From positions 1 to 62,480 of the forward strand of contig JANPFV010000041.1 of NCBI GenBank assembly GCA_031423615.1: a stretch of DNA of 62,480 bases, in the 5' to 3' direction. Position 1 is the stretch's first letter, and every line of letters starts with the position of its first letter. Source of the DNA: Candidatus Omnitrophota bacterium (lineage in GTDB: Bacteria > Omnitrophota > Gorgyraeia > Zapsychrales > JANLHA01). Both the position numbers and the translations under genes were made by a program. Below the pieces are notes generated by a model. It ran no database searches. It was not told the origin of the DNA and worked only from the letters and a program-made list of their open reading frames with translations. Shown one piece after another: positions 26,050 to 35,554 of this stretch.

Positions 26050-27996
26050 TCAATTATTGATCCCATCGCGCTCATCGGCCAAATCCTTGGTTTTCGTCTC
26101 AATCTCACGCTGACGCTGCTGGATCCACTTTAACCGTTGTCCATATTCCTTAATGGTTTGCGCATCTTTACCGTAAGCGTTGGCCAAGACCCTCGCCTTG
26201 ACATAACTTTCCGTCTCAATCTCTTTTTTTTCGTCTTCCAAGGCCTTGATTTCCTTTTTAATGTCATTGAGACGTTTTAAAGCCTGATTGTGCTTTTGCC
26301 GCGCTTCCTGCATTTTCTCGTTTTCGCTCTCCGAGGCCTTGCGCTTTTCTTCCTTGATCTTTAATTCGGAGTCGCGCTGCAGACGCTCACTTTCTTGTCC
26401 CAAAGTTTCTCCGGCCGCTTTCTTGTCGAGATAATAATCCAACCCGCCGGTATAAACCTTGATGCGGCCACGGTCGACTTCAATAATATGATCGGCGATC
26501 TGCTGCACAAAAAAAAGATCGTGACTGATAAAAACGAGCGTCCCTTCATATTTCTGAAAACATTCGGTCAAGGCTTCCACCCCGTCAATGTCCAAATGCG
26601 TCGTCGGCTCGTCCAGAAAAGTAAAATTGGGCGGATTCAAAAGCAGCTTCGCCAAAATCAAACGGCTTTTCTCCCCGCCGGAAAGGACCTTGACGTGTTT
26701 AAAGACATCGTCCCCGCGGAAATTAAAAATGCTCAGAAGAGTGCGCATTTGTACGGCGGGGACACTTTTCGACGAAGCGCTGGCCAATTCTTCCAAGGCC
26801 GTATTATTGGGATTCAAAACATCCAGGCGGGTCTGTGAGAAATATCCCCGCGTCACATTGTGACCCAACTTGACGTTTCCGCTGTCAGGTTCAATAATTC
26901 CGGCCAGCATTTTCAACAATGTCGATTTCCCCGCCCCGTTGGGACCGATCAGGCAAATTTTTTGCCCCTTGATGATTTCGAGATCCAAGTTCTTATAAAT
27001 CTGTTTCTCGCCGTAGGCTTTGCTCAAATTCTGCGCGGTAGCGACGACATATCCGCTTTCCTGGGTCTCGGGAAATTCAAAGTCCCGGATGCTGCGTCGC
27101 TCTTCCGGGAGGCCCTCTTGCTGTTCTTCAATTTTTTCCAGCATCTTGCGTTTGTTGCGGACCGCGGCGGCGCGATTGGGCTGGGCGTGAAAACGCTGGG
27201 CAAATTTTTCCAATTGTTCTTTTTTAGTTTCCAAAGACTTTTGCTTTTTCTCCATCGAGCGCAACATCAATTTCTTTTGTTCCTCGTAGGCCTGATAATT
27301 TCCCTTGATCTTGGTCATCTGGCCGTTTTCCAAAACGATGGTGTAATTCGTCACATCGTTCAAAAATATTTTATCGTGAGAAATAATAATGAACGTGCCG
27401 TTATAATTCGCCAAAAATCCCTTCAGCCACAGGGTGGCTTGCAGGTCCAGATAATTGGTCGGCTCGTCGAGCAAAATAATATCGTAGGGATAAAGCAACA
27501 ACTTAGCCAAAAGGGTACGCATTTGCCAGCCGCCGCTAAACGTATTAATCGGCTTATGAAATTCTTCCTCTTTAAAACCCAAACCGGTCAAAATACGTTC
27601 GGCTTTATTTTCCAGTTCATAAATTCCGGCATGTTCCAGCTCGGCTAAAATATCGCCATAACGCATGCTGTCGGCTTTGTTGGCGTCTTCGAGATCATGC
27701 TTTTCCTTAAGAAGTTTTTTAATCCGTTCATCTCCCGCCGTCACTTCATCCATGACCGTCTGAGTGGAAGCAAAGTGGGCTTCTTGCGCCAAGTGGCCGA
27801 CATTGAGATTTTTCTGCATTTGCACAGCACCGCCGGTGGATTCCATTTGTCCGAGGATAATCGAAAACAGGGTGGATTTACCCGAACCATTTGGCCCAGT
27901 CAATCCAATCTTCTCGCCGACAAAAATGCTCAAGCTCACATCTTTAAAAAGAGTGCGCCCGGTAAAACCTTTAGTTAAGCCGCTGATGGTAATCAT
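26050..27996 (-). CDS. ABC-F family ATPase (translation-factor type; no transmembrane domain)
   Basis: Two ABC cassettes (GLTGPNGSGKST...LSGG...LLLDEPTN and LIGPNGAGKST...LSGGEKSRL...FLDEPTTHLD), an inter-domain linker and a long Lys/Glu-rich C-terminal coiled-coil. Confidence 0.9.
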   Translation of the reverse strand: MITISGLTKGFTGRTLFKDVSLSIFVGEKIGLTGPNGSGKSTLFSIILGQMESTGGAVQMQKNLNVGHLAQEAHFASTQTVMDEVTAGDERIKKLLKEKHDLEDANKADSMRYGDILAELEHAGIYELENKAERILTGLGFKEEEFHKPINTFSGGWQMRTLLAKLLLYPYDIILLDEPTNYLDLQATLWLKGFLANYNGTFIIISHDKIFLNDVTNYTIVLENGQMTKIKGNYQAYEEQKKLMLRSMEKKQKSLETKKEQLEKFAQRFHAQPNRAAAVRNKRKMLEKIEEQQEGLPEERRSIRDFEFPETQESGYVVATAQNLSKAYGEKQIYKNLDLEIIKGQKICLIGPNGAGKSTLLKMLAGIIEPDSGNVKLGHNVTRGYFSQTRLDVLNPNNTALEELASASSKSVPAVQMRTLLSIFNFRGDDVFKHVKVLSGGEKSRLILAKLLLNPPNFTFLDEPTTHLDIDGVEALTECFQKYEGTLVFISHDLFFVQQIADHIIEVDRGRIKVYTGGLDYYLDKKAAGETLGQESERLQRDSELKIKEEKRKASESENEKMQEARQKHNQALKRLNDIKKEIKALEDEKKEIETESYVKARVLANAYGKDAQTIKEYGQRLKWIQQRQREIETKTKDLADERDGINN

Positions 27997-28025
27997 AAAT
28001 TATTTAGATTTCTCCGTTATTCGAT

Positions 28026-28106
28026 GCTCGGGTGGCCCGTAGGCGGGTCCCCTGCCGCCAGCAGCGAAGCGATGCCGGCAGGGTGCCGCAGGGACAGGAC
28101 CCGAGC
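28026..28106. repeat. GC-rich imperfect palindrome between the rluB-like stop and the ABC-F start
   Basis: gctcgggt (28026-28033) pairs with acccgagc (28099-28106). An inner ccctgccg pairs with cggcaggg. The GC content is much higher than the flanking sequence. Confidence 0.6.
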
Positions 28107-28109
28107 CGT

Positions 28110-28838
28110 TTAATTATTATTGTTATTTAAAGCCTTAATTTCATTATCGGTTAAAGCCCGATACTTCCCCGTCTCCAAACCCTCTAATCGCAACGGACCT
28201 TGTTGTATTCTTTTTAAAAAAGTCACGTAATGCCCTACGGCCGCCATCATCAAACGGATCTGCCGTTTGCGACCTTCATGAATGGTGATTAAAAATTCCG
28301 ACCCTTGCGGCTGATGGGTCACCGCCCTGATTTTGGCAGGCGCAGTTTTTTCACCATCGACGACAATTCCGGCCTCCAGCTTTTTTTGCTCTTCGGGACT
28401 CAATTTTTTCTGGATCCGCACCACATACGTCTTGTCCACATCATACCGCGGATGGGTCAACCGGTTGGCCAATTCTCCGTCGTTGGTCATAATCAAAAGG
28501 CCTTCGGTGTTTTTGTCCAGCCGCCCGACGGGATTTAAATGGCGCAGGCCCGTCGGCAAAAGGTCCAAAACGGTTTTTTGCGCAAAACGGTCTTCACGGG
28601 TCGTGACATAACCTTGCGGCTTGTTGATCATAATATACTCATAAACTTTTTTCTGAACGCCTTTTCCATCGACGGTTATTCTATCCTTCTCGGTGACCGG
28701 CGTGGAAGGTTCACGGACAATTTTGCCATTGACCGCAACCCAACCCTGCTGAATCGCTTCCATGGCCTTGCGGCGCGAACAAATTCCCTGGTGCGCCAGA
28801 TAAACATTTAACCGTTGAGTTTCGCGAGCTGGTTTCAT
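28110..28838 (-). CDS. RsuA/RluB-family pseudouridine synthase
   Basis: S4 domain (RLNVYLAHQGICSRRKAMEAIQQGWVAVNGK) and catalytic GRLDKNTEGLLIMTNDG. Confidence 0.9.
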   Translation of the reverse strand: MKPARETQRLNVYLAHQGICSRRKAMEAIQQGWVAVNGKIVREPSTPVTEKDRITVDGKGVQKKVYEYIMINKPQGYVTTREDRFAQKTVLDLLPTGLRHLNPVGRLDKNTEGLLIMTNDGELANRLTHPRYDVDKTYVVRIQKKLSPEEQKKLEAGIVVDGEKTAPAKIRAVTHQPQGSEFLITIHEGRKRQIRLMMAAVGHYVTFLKRIQQGPLRLEGLETGKYRALTDNEIKALNNNNN

Positions 28839-29728
28839 TATTTTTTTGGCCTTGCCGAAAGCTCCCTCTCTCCACCGCTAACGGGACCGGAATGGCTTTC
28901 GTCACGCTGCCTGAGGGCTTCATAAGCTACCAGCGCGGCGGCAACCGACGTATTCAAAGAATCTGTTTGGCCTTTCATGGGAATAGAAATCTTTTCGTCC
29001 GCGGCTTTCAGCCAAAAATCGCTTAAGCCGTCTTTCTCGCTCCCGACGGCAATAACGCTCCCCACCCGAAAGTCCACGGATGTGTAAACTGTCTTTCCCG
29101 ACGGAGTGGCCGCGACAATTTTAAGCTTCCGGCTTTTAAAAAATTCTAAAATCTTTTCCGGCGATTCGGGAATGACTAAGACACTAAAAACCGTTCCTAA
29201 ACTCGCACGAATGACGTTAGGATTAAAAACGTCGGTCGTTATATCGCTGACAAACAAGGCGTCGATGCCGGCGGCATCGCACGTGCGCAAAATCGCGCCT
29301 AAATTGCCGGGTTTTTCAACATGTTCGACGAGCATAAAAAGAGGGTCTTTTTTTATTTTCAAGTCAGAAAACTTTTGCGTTTGTACGACTCCCACGGCCA
29401 ACACCCCTTCCGCGCGGTCCCCAAAACAAATTTTTGCAAAAATGTCTTTTGTCACCTCCACCACTTCTATTTTGCGGGCCGTGAGATTCTTTAAAATCCC
29501 GTTTTCGACATCACCTTGCGTCTGCCCCTGATACAAGGAGGGACAGACAAAAACTTCTTTGATGCCCAAACCGGCGTCGAGCGCAGCTTTCACTTCCCGG
29601 ATCCCGTCGATAAGCGTCACACCAATTTTATTACGTTCCTTCCGGTCGCGCAGTTTCACGATCTCCTTAATTTTAGGGTTAGCGAAACTTGTGATCTTGG
29701 GCCGATTGTGAAATTTGGTATACATCAT
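28838..29728 (-). CDS. TrmH/SpoU-family RNA 2'-O-methyltransferase
   Basis: N-terminal substrate-binding domain plus SpoU motifs (VEKPGNLGAILRTCDAAG, AVGSEKDGLS, IPMKGQTDSLNTSVAAAL). Confidence 0.87.
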   Translation of the reverse strand: MMYTKFHNRPKITSFANPKIKEIVKLRDRKERNKIGVTLIDGIREVKAALDAGLGIKEVFVCPSLYQGQTQGDVENGILKNLTARKIEVVEVTKDIFAKICFGDRAEGVLAVGVVQTQKFSDLKIKKDPLFMLVEHVEKPGNLGAILRTCDAAGIDALFVSDITTDVFNPNVIRASLGTVFSVLVIPESPEKILEFFKSRKLKIVAATPSGKTVYTSVDFRVGSVIAVGSEKDGLSDFWLKAADEKISIPMKGQTDSLNTSVAAALVAYEALRQRDESHSGPVSGGERELSARPKK

Positions 29729-30552
29729 CGCAAATGGTATTTATCCAAGAAATCCTTGATCCCTTTTAGAGAAATATCTTTTGATAACGAAAATCCCTCA
29801 CCGTGACTTCCCGAAGTTTTTAAAAACTCCTTAGGCTCCGAGGCCATTTCAAAAAGTTTCTTTCCTAAATAAAAAGGGACGGTGGCATCATCCGGACTGT
29901 GAATAAATAATTTAGGAACCTTGATCCCAGTGATTTTTTGCGCATTGTCCAACCTCGTTTTCATTATAAAAGTCGGAACAAACGGGGCTATCACCCGGGC
30001 CATATCCTTCGCGGAGGTAAACGTGGAATCCGCAATCAAGGCCGTCACCGGCCGCCGGGAAGCCAAATCAACGGCCGCAACCCCGCCCATGGATGCGCCA
30101 TAAACAAAAATCCTCTCTTTGGCGATGTCCTTTCGGCCCTGCAAATAATCATAAGCGCTCACTGTGTCGGTATACATTCCTTTTTCCGACGGACGTCCCT
30201 GGCTTTTCCCAAAGCCGCGATAGTCAAAAATAAAAACATTGACGCCCAGTTCATGAAAGGCCGCGATCTTTTCCACGCGATAACTGTTGTTCCCGGCATT
30301 GCCGTGGCAAAACAACAAGGTCGCCGCTTGTTCGGGATGGACCGGCGTCTTGACCAGCCAGCCGTTTAAACGGACGTGATCTTCCGTCGAGAAATAAATG
30401 TCTTCAAAGTCCATTCCCGCTTCTTTGGGCGTAACGGTCACATCGCGGGAGGGATGAAAAAGATTGACCGTTTCTAAATGGCGGACATACACCCCCAAAA
30501 AAATACAAGCGATAAAGAAACCCAATAGAATTTTCAGCACGCTCTCTGCCAT
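29725..30552 (-). CDS. alpha/beta hydrolase with an N-terminal membrane anchor
   Basis: HGNAGN, the nucleophile elbow YGASMGG and a C-terminal HSPDD...GSHG pattern. I trimmed the start to the ATG at 30552 (MAESVLKILLGFFIACIFLGVY). Confidence 0.8.
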   Translation of the reverse strand: MAESVLKILLGFFIACIFLGVYVRHLETVNLFHPSRDVTVTPKEAGMDFEDIYFSTEDHVRLNGWLVKTPVHPEQAATLLFCHGNAGNNSYRVEKIAAFHELGVNVFIFDYRGFGKSQGRPSEKGMYTDTVSAYDYLQGRKDIAKERIFVYGASMGGVAAVDLASRRPVTALIADSTFTSAKDMARVIAPFVPTFIMKTRLDNAQKITGIKVPKLFIHSPDDATVPFYLGKKLFEMASEPKEFLKTSGSHGEGFSLSKDISLKGIKDFLDKYHLR

Positions 30553-30556
30553 AGGA

Positions 30557-30961
30557 TCAATATTCACCGTGAGATTTATGCTGGGGAATGAGCTTGGCCA
30601 TAAGACGAATACCGTTGAGGACATCGTCCATATTGCAGGGTTTGGTCAAATAATGGTCCGCTTCCAAAGAAAAGCCCTGCTGAATATCTTTGAGTTCTTC
30701 GCGGGCCGAAACAATAATGACCGGCTGCCATTTCTTCGTCGGAGGGTTTTCCCGCAAACGCTTGAGCACGGCAAACCCTTCTAACTTGGGCATGGTCACG
30801 TCCAGCAAAATAATGTCCGGATCTTCGCTGACGATTTTGTCCCACGCTTCTTCCCCGTCGGCGGCAGTGATGACGGCATATCCTTGCGCGGCGACACGCT
30901 GGGACATGATCCCTAAAATATCGGGTTCATCGTCAGCCATCAGAATTTTAAGTTTTTCCAT
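30557..30961 (-). CDS. single-domain response regulator (CheY-like receiver)
   Basis: MEKLKILMADDEPDI...IILLDVTMPKLEGF...PVIIVSAR...YLTKP. I trimmed the start to the ATG at 30961. Confidence 0.88.
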   Translation of the reverse strand: MEKLKILMADDEPDILGIMSQRVAAQGYAVITAADGEEAWDKIVSEDPDIILLDVTMPKLEGFAVLKRLRENPPTKKWQPVIIVSAREELKDIQQGFSLEADHYLTKPCNMDDVLNGIRLMAKLIPQHKSHGEY

Positions 30962-30962
30962 C

Positions 30963-31478
30963 TCATTTCCTTGCTGAAGAATAATTTCCCAAATCATAAT
31001 TGATCTGAACATCCGGCATTGCGATCTTGTCAATCCTAACCCCGGCCACGGTAAAAAATTGGGTGGCTAAGGTATCGTGATAGTCGGAAAAGACAACGAC
31101 GCGTTGAACGCCGGCGGTGATCAAGGATTTCGCGCAAGTCGTGCAGGGCATATTAGTCACATAGGCGCTCGCGCCCTCGACAGCATGGCCGCGCTTCGCC
31201 GCCTGCACCAGAGCGTTCATTTCCGCGTGCACTGTCCGCACACAATGATTATCAACAATCAAACAGCCCACATCTTCGCAATGCTGATCACCGGGAATCG
31301 AACCGTTATATCCGGTGGAAATGACATTTTTGTTTTTGACTAAAACACACCCGCAATGCATCCGCGGACATGTCGCCCGTTCGGAAGCCAGCATGGCCAG
31401 TTTCAAAAAATACTGGTCCCAGTCGGGCCGAGACGATGTTTTGGCGGTTTTCTTGGTCCTGTTTTTGATTTTCGGCAT
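30963..31478 (-). CDS. deoxycytidylate (dCMP) deaminase / ComEB family
   Basis: Zinc motifs HAEMNAL and PCTTCAK. 171 aa. Confidence 0.9.
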   Translation of the reverse strand: MPKIKNRTKKTAKTSSRPDWDQYFLKLAMLASERATCPRMHCGCVLVKNKNVISTGYNGSIPGDQHCEDVGCLIVDNHCVRTVHAEMNALVQAAKRGHAVEGASAYVTNMPCTTCAKSLITAGVQRVVVFSDYHDTLATQFFTVAGVRIDKIAMPDVQINYDLGNYSSARK

Positions 31479-31556
31479 ATGTGTCCTCGCGATGTTCTTT
31501 CTATATTACGTTTTCTATTTGAGCAGATCAAGGATGAATTTACAGCCACAGCAAAT

Positions 31557-32630
31557 TTAAACGCTGAAACGAAAATAGACAACATCACCGTCTTGCATCA
31601 CATAATCCTTGCCTTCCAGCGAGACCAGACCCTTTTCCTGGATGGCTTTGTAAGAACCCAGCGCAATTAAATCCTTATACTTATGGATTTCCGCGCGGAT
31701 AAAACCGCGCTCGATATCACTGTGAATTTTCCCGGCGGCCTTGGCGGCCTTGGTCCCTTGCGGAATCAGCCAGGCGCGGGTTTCCTGAGGACCGGCGGTA
31801 AAAAAACAAATCTGGTCTAAAAGCTTCTGTCCCGCCCGCGCCAATGTCGCCAAACCCGGCGACGTGATTCCGGCGCTGTCGTAATACGAAGCGCGTTCTT
31901 CGGGAGGAAGCTCCAAAATTTCCGATTCGATCTTGGTGCAAAGGACAACTACTTCGGCATTTTCTTTCGCCGCCCGTTCCTGCAAAGGCTTTAAAAGTTC
32001 CGGCGGCGCGCCGCCCTCGTCGGTATTTGCCACATATACAATCGGCTTGGATGTCAAAAACTGATATTCCGCGACAAGCTCTTGCGAGAGGCCTTGCGAA
32101 CGGGCCGATTTCCCTTCATTAAAACCCTTCATCGCCGCTTCTAAGACCATGGTCTTTTCTTTCGCGACCTTGTCCCCCGCTTGCGCGGGTTTTTTATATT
32201 TATCAAAAGCTTTTTGCGCCTGCTGCAAATCAGCGAGCAAGAGTTCTGTTTCAATAATGTCCGCGGCATTCAAAGGGTCCAATTCGGAAAGAACATTGAC
32301 GACATTTTCATCTTTAAAACAGCGGACCACATGACAAATCGCATCAACGGAGCGAATGTGAGAGAGGAATTTATTTCCCAGCCCTTCGCCCTGACTGGCC
32401 CCTTTGACGATCCCGGCGATGTCGACGAAACGGATACCGGCGGGTGTGATCTTAGCACTGTCATTTCTTTCAGACAGGACATTTAAACGCTCGTCGGGTA
32501 AAGGCACGATACCGATATTGGGCTCAATGGTTGTGAAGGGAAAATTCTCCGCCGCCACCCCGGCGCCGGTCAAAGCATTGAACAAGGTCGATTTGCCGAC
32601 ATTCGGCAATCCTACAATTCCGATTTCCAT
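31557..32630 (-). CDS. ychF: redox-regulated / ribosome-binding ATPase YchF
   Basis: MEIGIVGLPNVGKSTLFNALT, DIAGIVKGASQGEGLGNKFL and the C-terminal TGS-like VMQDGDVVYFRF. Confidence 0.93.
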   Translation of the reverse strand: MEIGIVGLPNVGKSTLFNALTGAGVAAENFPFTTIEPNIGIVPLPDERLNVLSERNDSAKITPAGIRFVDIAGIVKGASQGEGLGNKFLSHIRSVDAICHVVRCFKDENVVNVLSELDPLNAADIIETELLLADLQQAQKAFDKYKKPAQAGDKVAKEKTMVLEAAMKGFNEGKSARSQGLSQELVAEYQFLTSKPIVYVANTDEGGAPPELLKPLQERAAKENAEVVVLCTKIESEILELPPEERASYYDSAGITSPGLATLARAGQKLLDQICFFTAGPQETRAWLIPQGTKAAKAAGKIHSDIERGFIRAEIHKYKDLIALGSYKAIQEKGLVSLEGKDYVMQDGDVVYFRFSV

Positions 32631-33803
32631 TTACAGCCTCCTCAAGCGGGCTAAAATCCTGTTTATCCCTTCCGAGAAATTTTCGGGGGAAGGCAACAGG
32701 CTTAAAATTAAATAAGACTCGTCGCTAAAATTAAAAAAATAACCGGGATGCACTGACACGTGATCTTGGAGCAATAATTCCTCGACCAAACTTTCCTCGT
32801 TAATGTTTCCGCGCAGTTTCAAAACTACCGACCATCCGCCTTGGGCATTAAGAACCGAACCCAAGGCATCGTCCCTAAAATGCTTAAGTAAAAATTCGCG
32901 GTTAAGCCGGATACGTTTCAGGATTTGACCTTGAATGTCCGGCCTGAATGTCAACCATAAAGACAAAGCGTTCTGCACCGGCGTGTTCACGGAAAGATAG
33001 GTGTCGGCAATGATCTCTAAACGATTGATCGCCTCCGCTACCTTATCCTGAGGACCGTTGACCACAATCCAGGACAATTTCATCTGCGGCAAGCCCAATG
33101 TTTTTGAAAGACCGCCTAAGGTGAAGGTCAAATTTTCCCGGTTTCCGGCGAACGAAACAGCATCCGTTTGTTTTTCAAATGCAAAATCAAAGAAAACTTC
33201 GTCACTGATCAAGGCCGTTTGATGGGCGCCGCAAATTTTGTTTAACTCTGCCTTTTCTGCCGTTTGGATATACGAACCCGTAGGATTGTTAGGATTCACC
33301 AAGACCAACGCCTTGGTCTTGGGCGTTATCCTCTCTGTGACGCCGGCACAATCGATCATCCAGCGCTGGGCATATTCTAAAGAATAAAATCCGCTTTCCA
33401 GATCATTTAAGTCGACCAGAAAATCAAATAAAGGATAACTGGGTGCGGGAAACAAAATATTCTCCCCCGGATCAGCCAAAAGTCTAAAGATAAAAGAATA
33501 CGCTTCCGATGTGCTGGAGGTCAGGAAAATCTGCTCCGGGGAAATCCTGATATCCTTTTGGGCATAATACTCCGCCACCGCTTCCCGGGCCAATAAAAGG
33601 CCTTTTGTCGACGGGCAGTACATCATGTTACGGTCATCAGAAAGAGCGGCCAACAATTCTTTTTGCGGATAAACGAAACCGCAGCGGGTCGGATTGGATT
33701 CGGTCAAATCGATAATCGCCCGTCCCGTGGCCTTAAAATCCTTAAGAATTCTGCTTATTTTATTGGGATTCAGTTCCCAATTTGTCCGTCGGGCAAATTG
33801 CAT
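32631..33803 (-). CDS. class I/II PLP-dependent aminotransferase
   Basis: NPNNPTG and the GGLSKTLGLPQMKLSW (PLP lysine) motifs. The start is uncertain. I favour the ATG at 33803, but the ATG at 33830 or the TTG at 33857 are possible. Confidence 0.85.
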   Translation of the reverse strand: MQFARRTNWELNPNKISRILKDFKATGRAIIDLTESNPTRCGFVYPQKELLAALSDDRNMMYCPSTKGLLLAREAVAEYYAQKDIRISPEQIFLTSSTSEAYSFIFRLLADPGENILFPAPSYPLFDFLVDLNDLESGFYSLEYAQRWMIDCAGVTERITPKTKALVLVNPNNPTGSYIQTAEKAELNKICGAHQTALISDEVFFDFAFEKQTDAVSFAGNRENLTFTLGGLSKTLGLPQMKLSWIVVNGPQDKVAEAINRLEIIADTYLSVNTPVQNALSLWLTFRPDIQGQILKRIRLNREFLLKHFRDDALGSVLNAQGGWSVVLKLRGNINEESLVEELLLQDHVSVHPGYFFNFSDESYLILSLLPSPENFSEGINRILARLRRL

Positions 33804-33885
33804 CACGATCTGTCCTTTTAAACGGGTCATTATAGCGGGTTTTCTACCGCTCGACAAACACTATCTTTTTGTCCACCTCGTTTTA

Positions 33886-34107
33886 TCAAAAACAGCTTTT
33901 AAACAATACAATTTTATCTTTGAGCGTTTGATTGTTAACTACCGGATTAGACTGTTGTGGAATAATTGGAGGAAAGGACTGCAGTTTAGCAAGGCTTTGA
34001 CTCTTAATCGTATTAAGCAGGGCAATCTGCTCATCAATTTTCTTTATCCGTGCTTGAAGAGCACTCCGTTGCAGATCGATATTATTTTGTTCATCATTTC
34101 TGTACAA
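33886..34107 (-). CDS. hypothetical Gln/Asn-rich coiled-coil protein (doubtful)
   Basis: Only a TTG start at 34107 is in frame, inside the 3' end of the upstream gene, with GGAGG 11 nt upstream. No recognisable motifs. It could simply be a non-coding island edge. Confidence 0.3.
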   Translation of the reverse strand: MYRNDEQNNIDLQRSALQARIKKIDEQIALLNTIKSQSLAKLQSFPPIIPQQSNPVVNNQTLKDKIVLFKSCF

Positions 34108-35554
34108 TTTCCCAATGACCTCCGCGATCAGCTCCGATTCGCCTGATAAATCCTTTAGACTTTAACTTTGCCAGATTTTTTTCCACAGCAGTTGTGCTAA
34201 TCCTGAGAGATTGTGAAACATCAGCAATGGTTGCGGCCTTATTATCTTTTAACAGATCGATTATTTTTAATTCATTAGATGAAAGCCTTTCTCCCAACTT
34301 TTCTCCCAACCTTTCTCCCAACTTTTCTCCCAACCCTATTTTTCTTCCAGAACCAGCCTGATCCTTCGTCTGAAAACTAAATACAATTTTGTAATAATCA
34401 AAATCTCCCGTAACCACGGGCTTCTTTTGGTAATAAGACATCCACCCCTTAAACATCTTGTCAAATCCTGAACCAATATTCTCGGATAATTTAATATGCC
34501 TGAACACTCGAGCGACCGTTGGATTTCGTGGCATGGAGAATTCTTCTTTAACAATATATTTGATGTCTTTGGGCAATGAGCCCGGATTAAAGAACTCAAT
34601 TCGATCTGAAAAAACCCTGATGCGCGGTTTGGCATTGCTAAAATAATCTGAGTGCATCAGCAAATTGACCAACGCCTCTCGAATGGCCCTGACCTGCGGC
34701 TGATCGTTAGTGCCCATAGACCATTTATCATCTTGCTTGAAGGGAATATCAATCTTCTTTTGTAAACGATCATAGATGCCGAAATAAAAATCAAACAAAT
34801 TTTTCTCATCTGAAAGGCGGTATTGATATTTTGTCGGCGCATCGCTATACGATATGCCCGCGATCTCCAAATAATCAATCCGAAAATCACCAATCATTGA
34901 ACCGATGGTGTCTTCATCCCCAAATACCAATAATCCGCCCACGGTGACTTTGCCACGACGAATGACATGAAGCTTTTCCATCAATTCAGTCAACGGCATC
35001 TTATTAAACCGATGTCCCGGATCAACATTTTTCAAATAAGTGCGGTACCCTTGAATCGTTTTCTCATCCAAGTCTTTCAAAGTAAACTCCGTCAATTCCT
35101 CATCCTTTTTATCAAAAGATGAATTGCGATAAAGAGCATCGATCTCATCCTGAGTAGCGCGTTGGTCTCCGCTACCAGTACGGATAAAAGTATTCTTTAC
35201 GGAGTTAAAATATATTGGCTTATCTTTGCCTTCCACGGAAGGAATATAAAACCCGAGAATATGCTTCCCATCGAAGGTGTATTTCTTGGCTTGAACCGTG
35301 ATCTTCTTGTTAAACTTATCGCCGCGCAGTACTGTCAAAAAGTCCTGTTCGATTTTTTCAACATTTTGTACACCAAGAATCTCAAAATTCTTTGCTGATT
35401 TCTTAACACCAAAAATCAACCACCCTCCGGCGGTGTTAGCAAACGCGCTTACCGTTTCCCAAACGCTTTTGGGGACTTCAGCCTTGGCCTCTTTGACCTC
35501 AAAGTCTTCCCATTCGATGTCTTGAAGCTTCAAAATCAGTTCTTTTTTATTCAT
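34094..35554 (-). CDS. AlbA_2 (Schlafen-like) domain / HATPase_c_4-like ATP-binding protein with a C-terminal winged-helix
   Basis: The N-terminus IEWEDFEVKEAKAEVPKSVWETVSAFANTAGGWLIFGV is the typical divergent-AAA/AlbA_2 signature. Middle region REALVNLLMHSDY...NPGSL. C-terminal wHTH (ATIADVSQSLRISTTAVEKNLAKLKSKGFIRRIG). The ATG at 35554 overlaps the res TGA as ATGA. Confidence 0.8.
   Translation of the reverse strand: MNKKELILKLQDIEWEDFEVKEAKAEVPKSVWETVSAFANTAGGWLIFGVKKSAKNFEILGVQNVEKIEQDFLTVLRGDKFNKKITVQAKKYTFDGKHILGFYIPSVEGKDKPIYFNSVKNTFIRTGSGDQRATQDEIDALYRNSSFDKKDEELTEFTLKDLDEKTIQGYRTYLKNVDPGHRFNKMPLTELMEKLHVIRRGKVTVGGLLVFGDEDTIGSMIGDFRIDYLEIAGISYSDAPTKYQYRLSDEKNLFDFYFGIYDRLQKKIDIPFKQDDKWSMGTNDQPQVRAIREALVNLLMHSDYFSNAKPRIRVFSDRIEFFNPGSLPKDIKYIVKEEFSMPRNPTVARVFRHIKLSENIGSGFDKMFKGWMSYYQKKPVVTGDFDYYKIVFSFQTKDQAGSGRKIGLGEKLGERLGEKLGERLSSNELKIIDLLKDNKAATIADVSQSLRISTTAVEKNLAKLKSKGFIRRIGADRGGHWEIVQK
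34287..34334. repeat. 4 x 12-nt in-frame tandem repeat (ctttctcccaac/ttttctcccaac)
   Basis: Four consecutive 12-mers encode GEKLGERLGEKLGERL in the linker before the wHTH of the AlbA_2 protein. Confidence 0.9.

Noticed and set aside
34287-34334. The 12-nt and 33-nt tandem repeats (here and at 322-390) as possible CRISPR-like arrays.
   Set aside because: The repeats are contiguous with no spacers, they lie inside coding frames, and no cas genes are present. They are simple in-frame tandem duplications.
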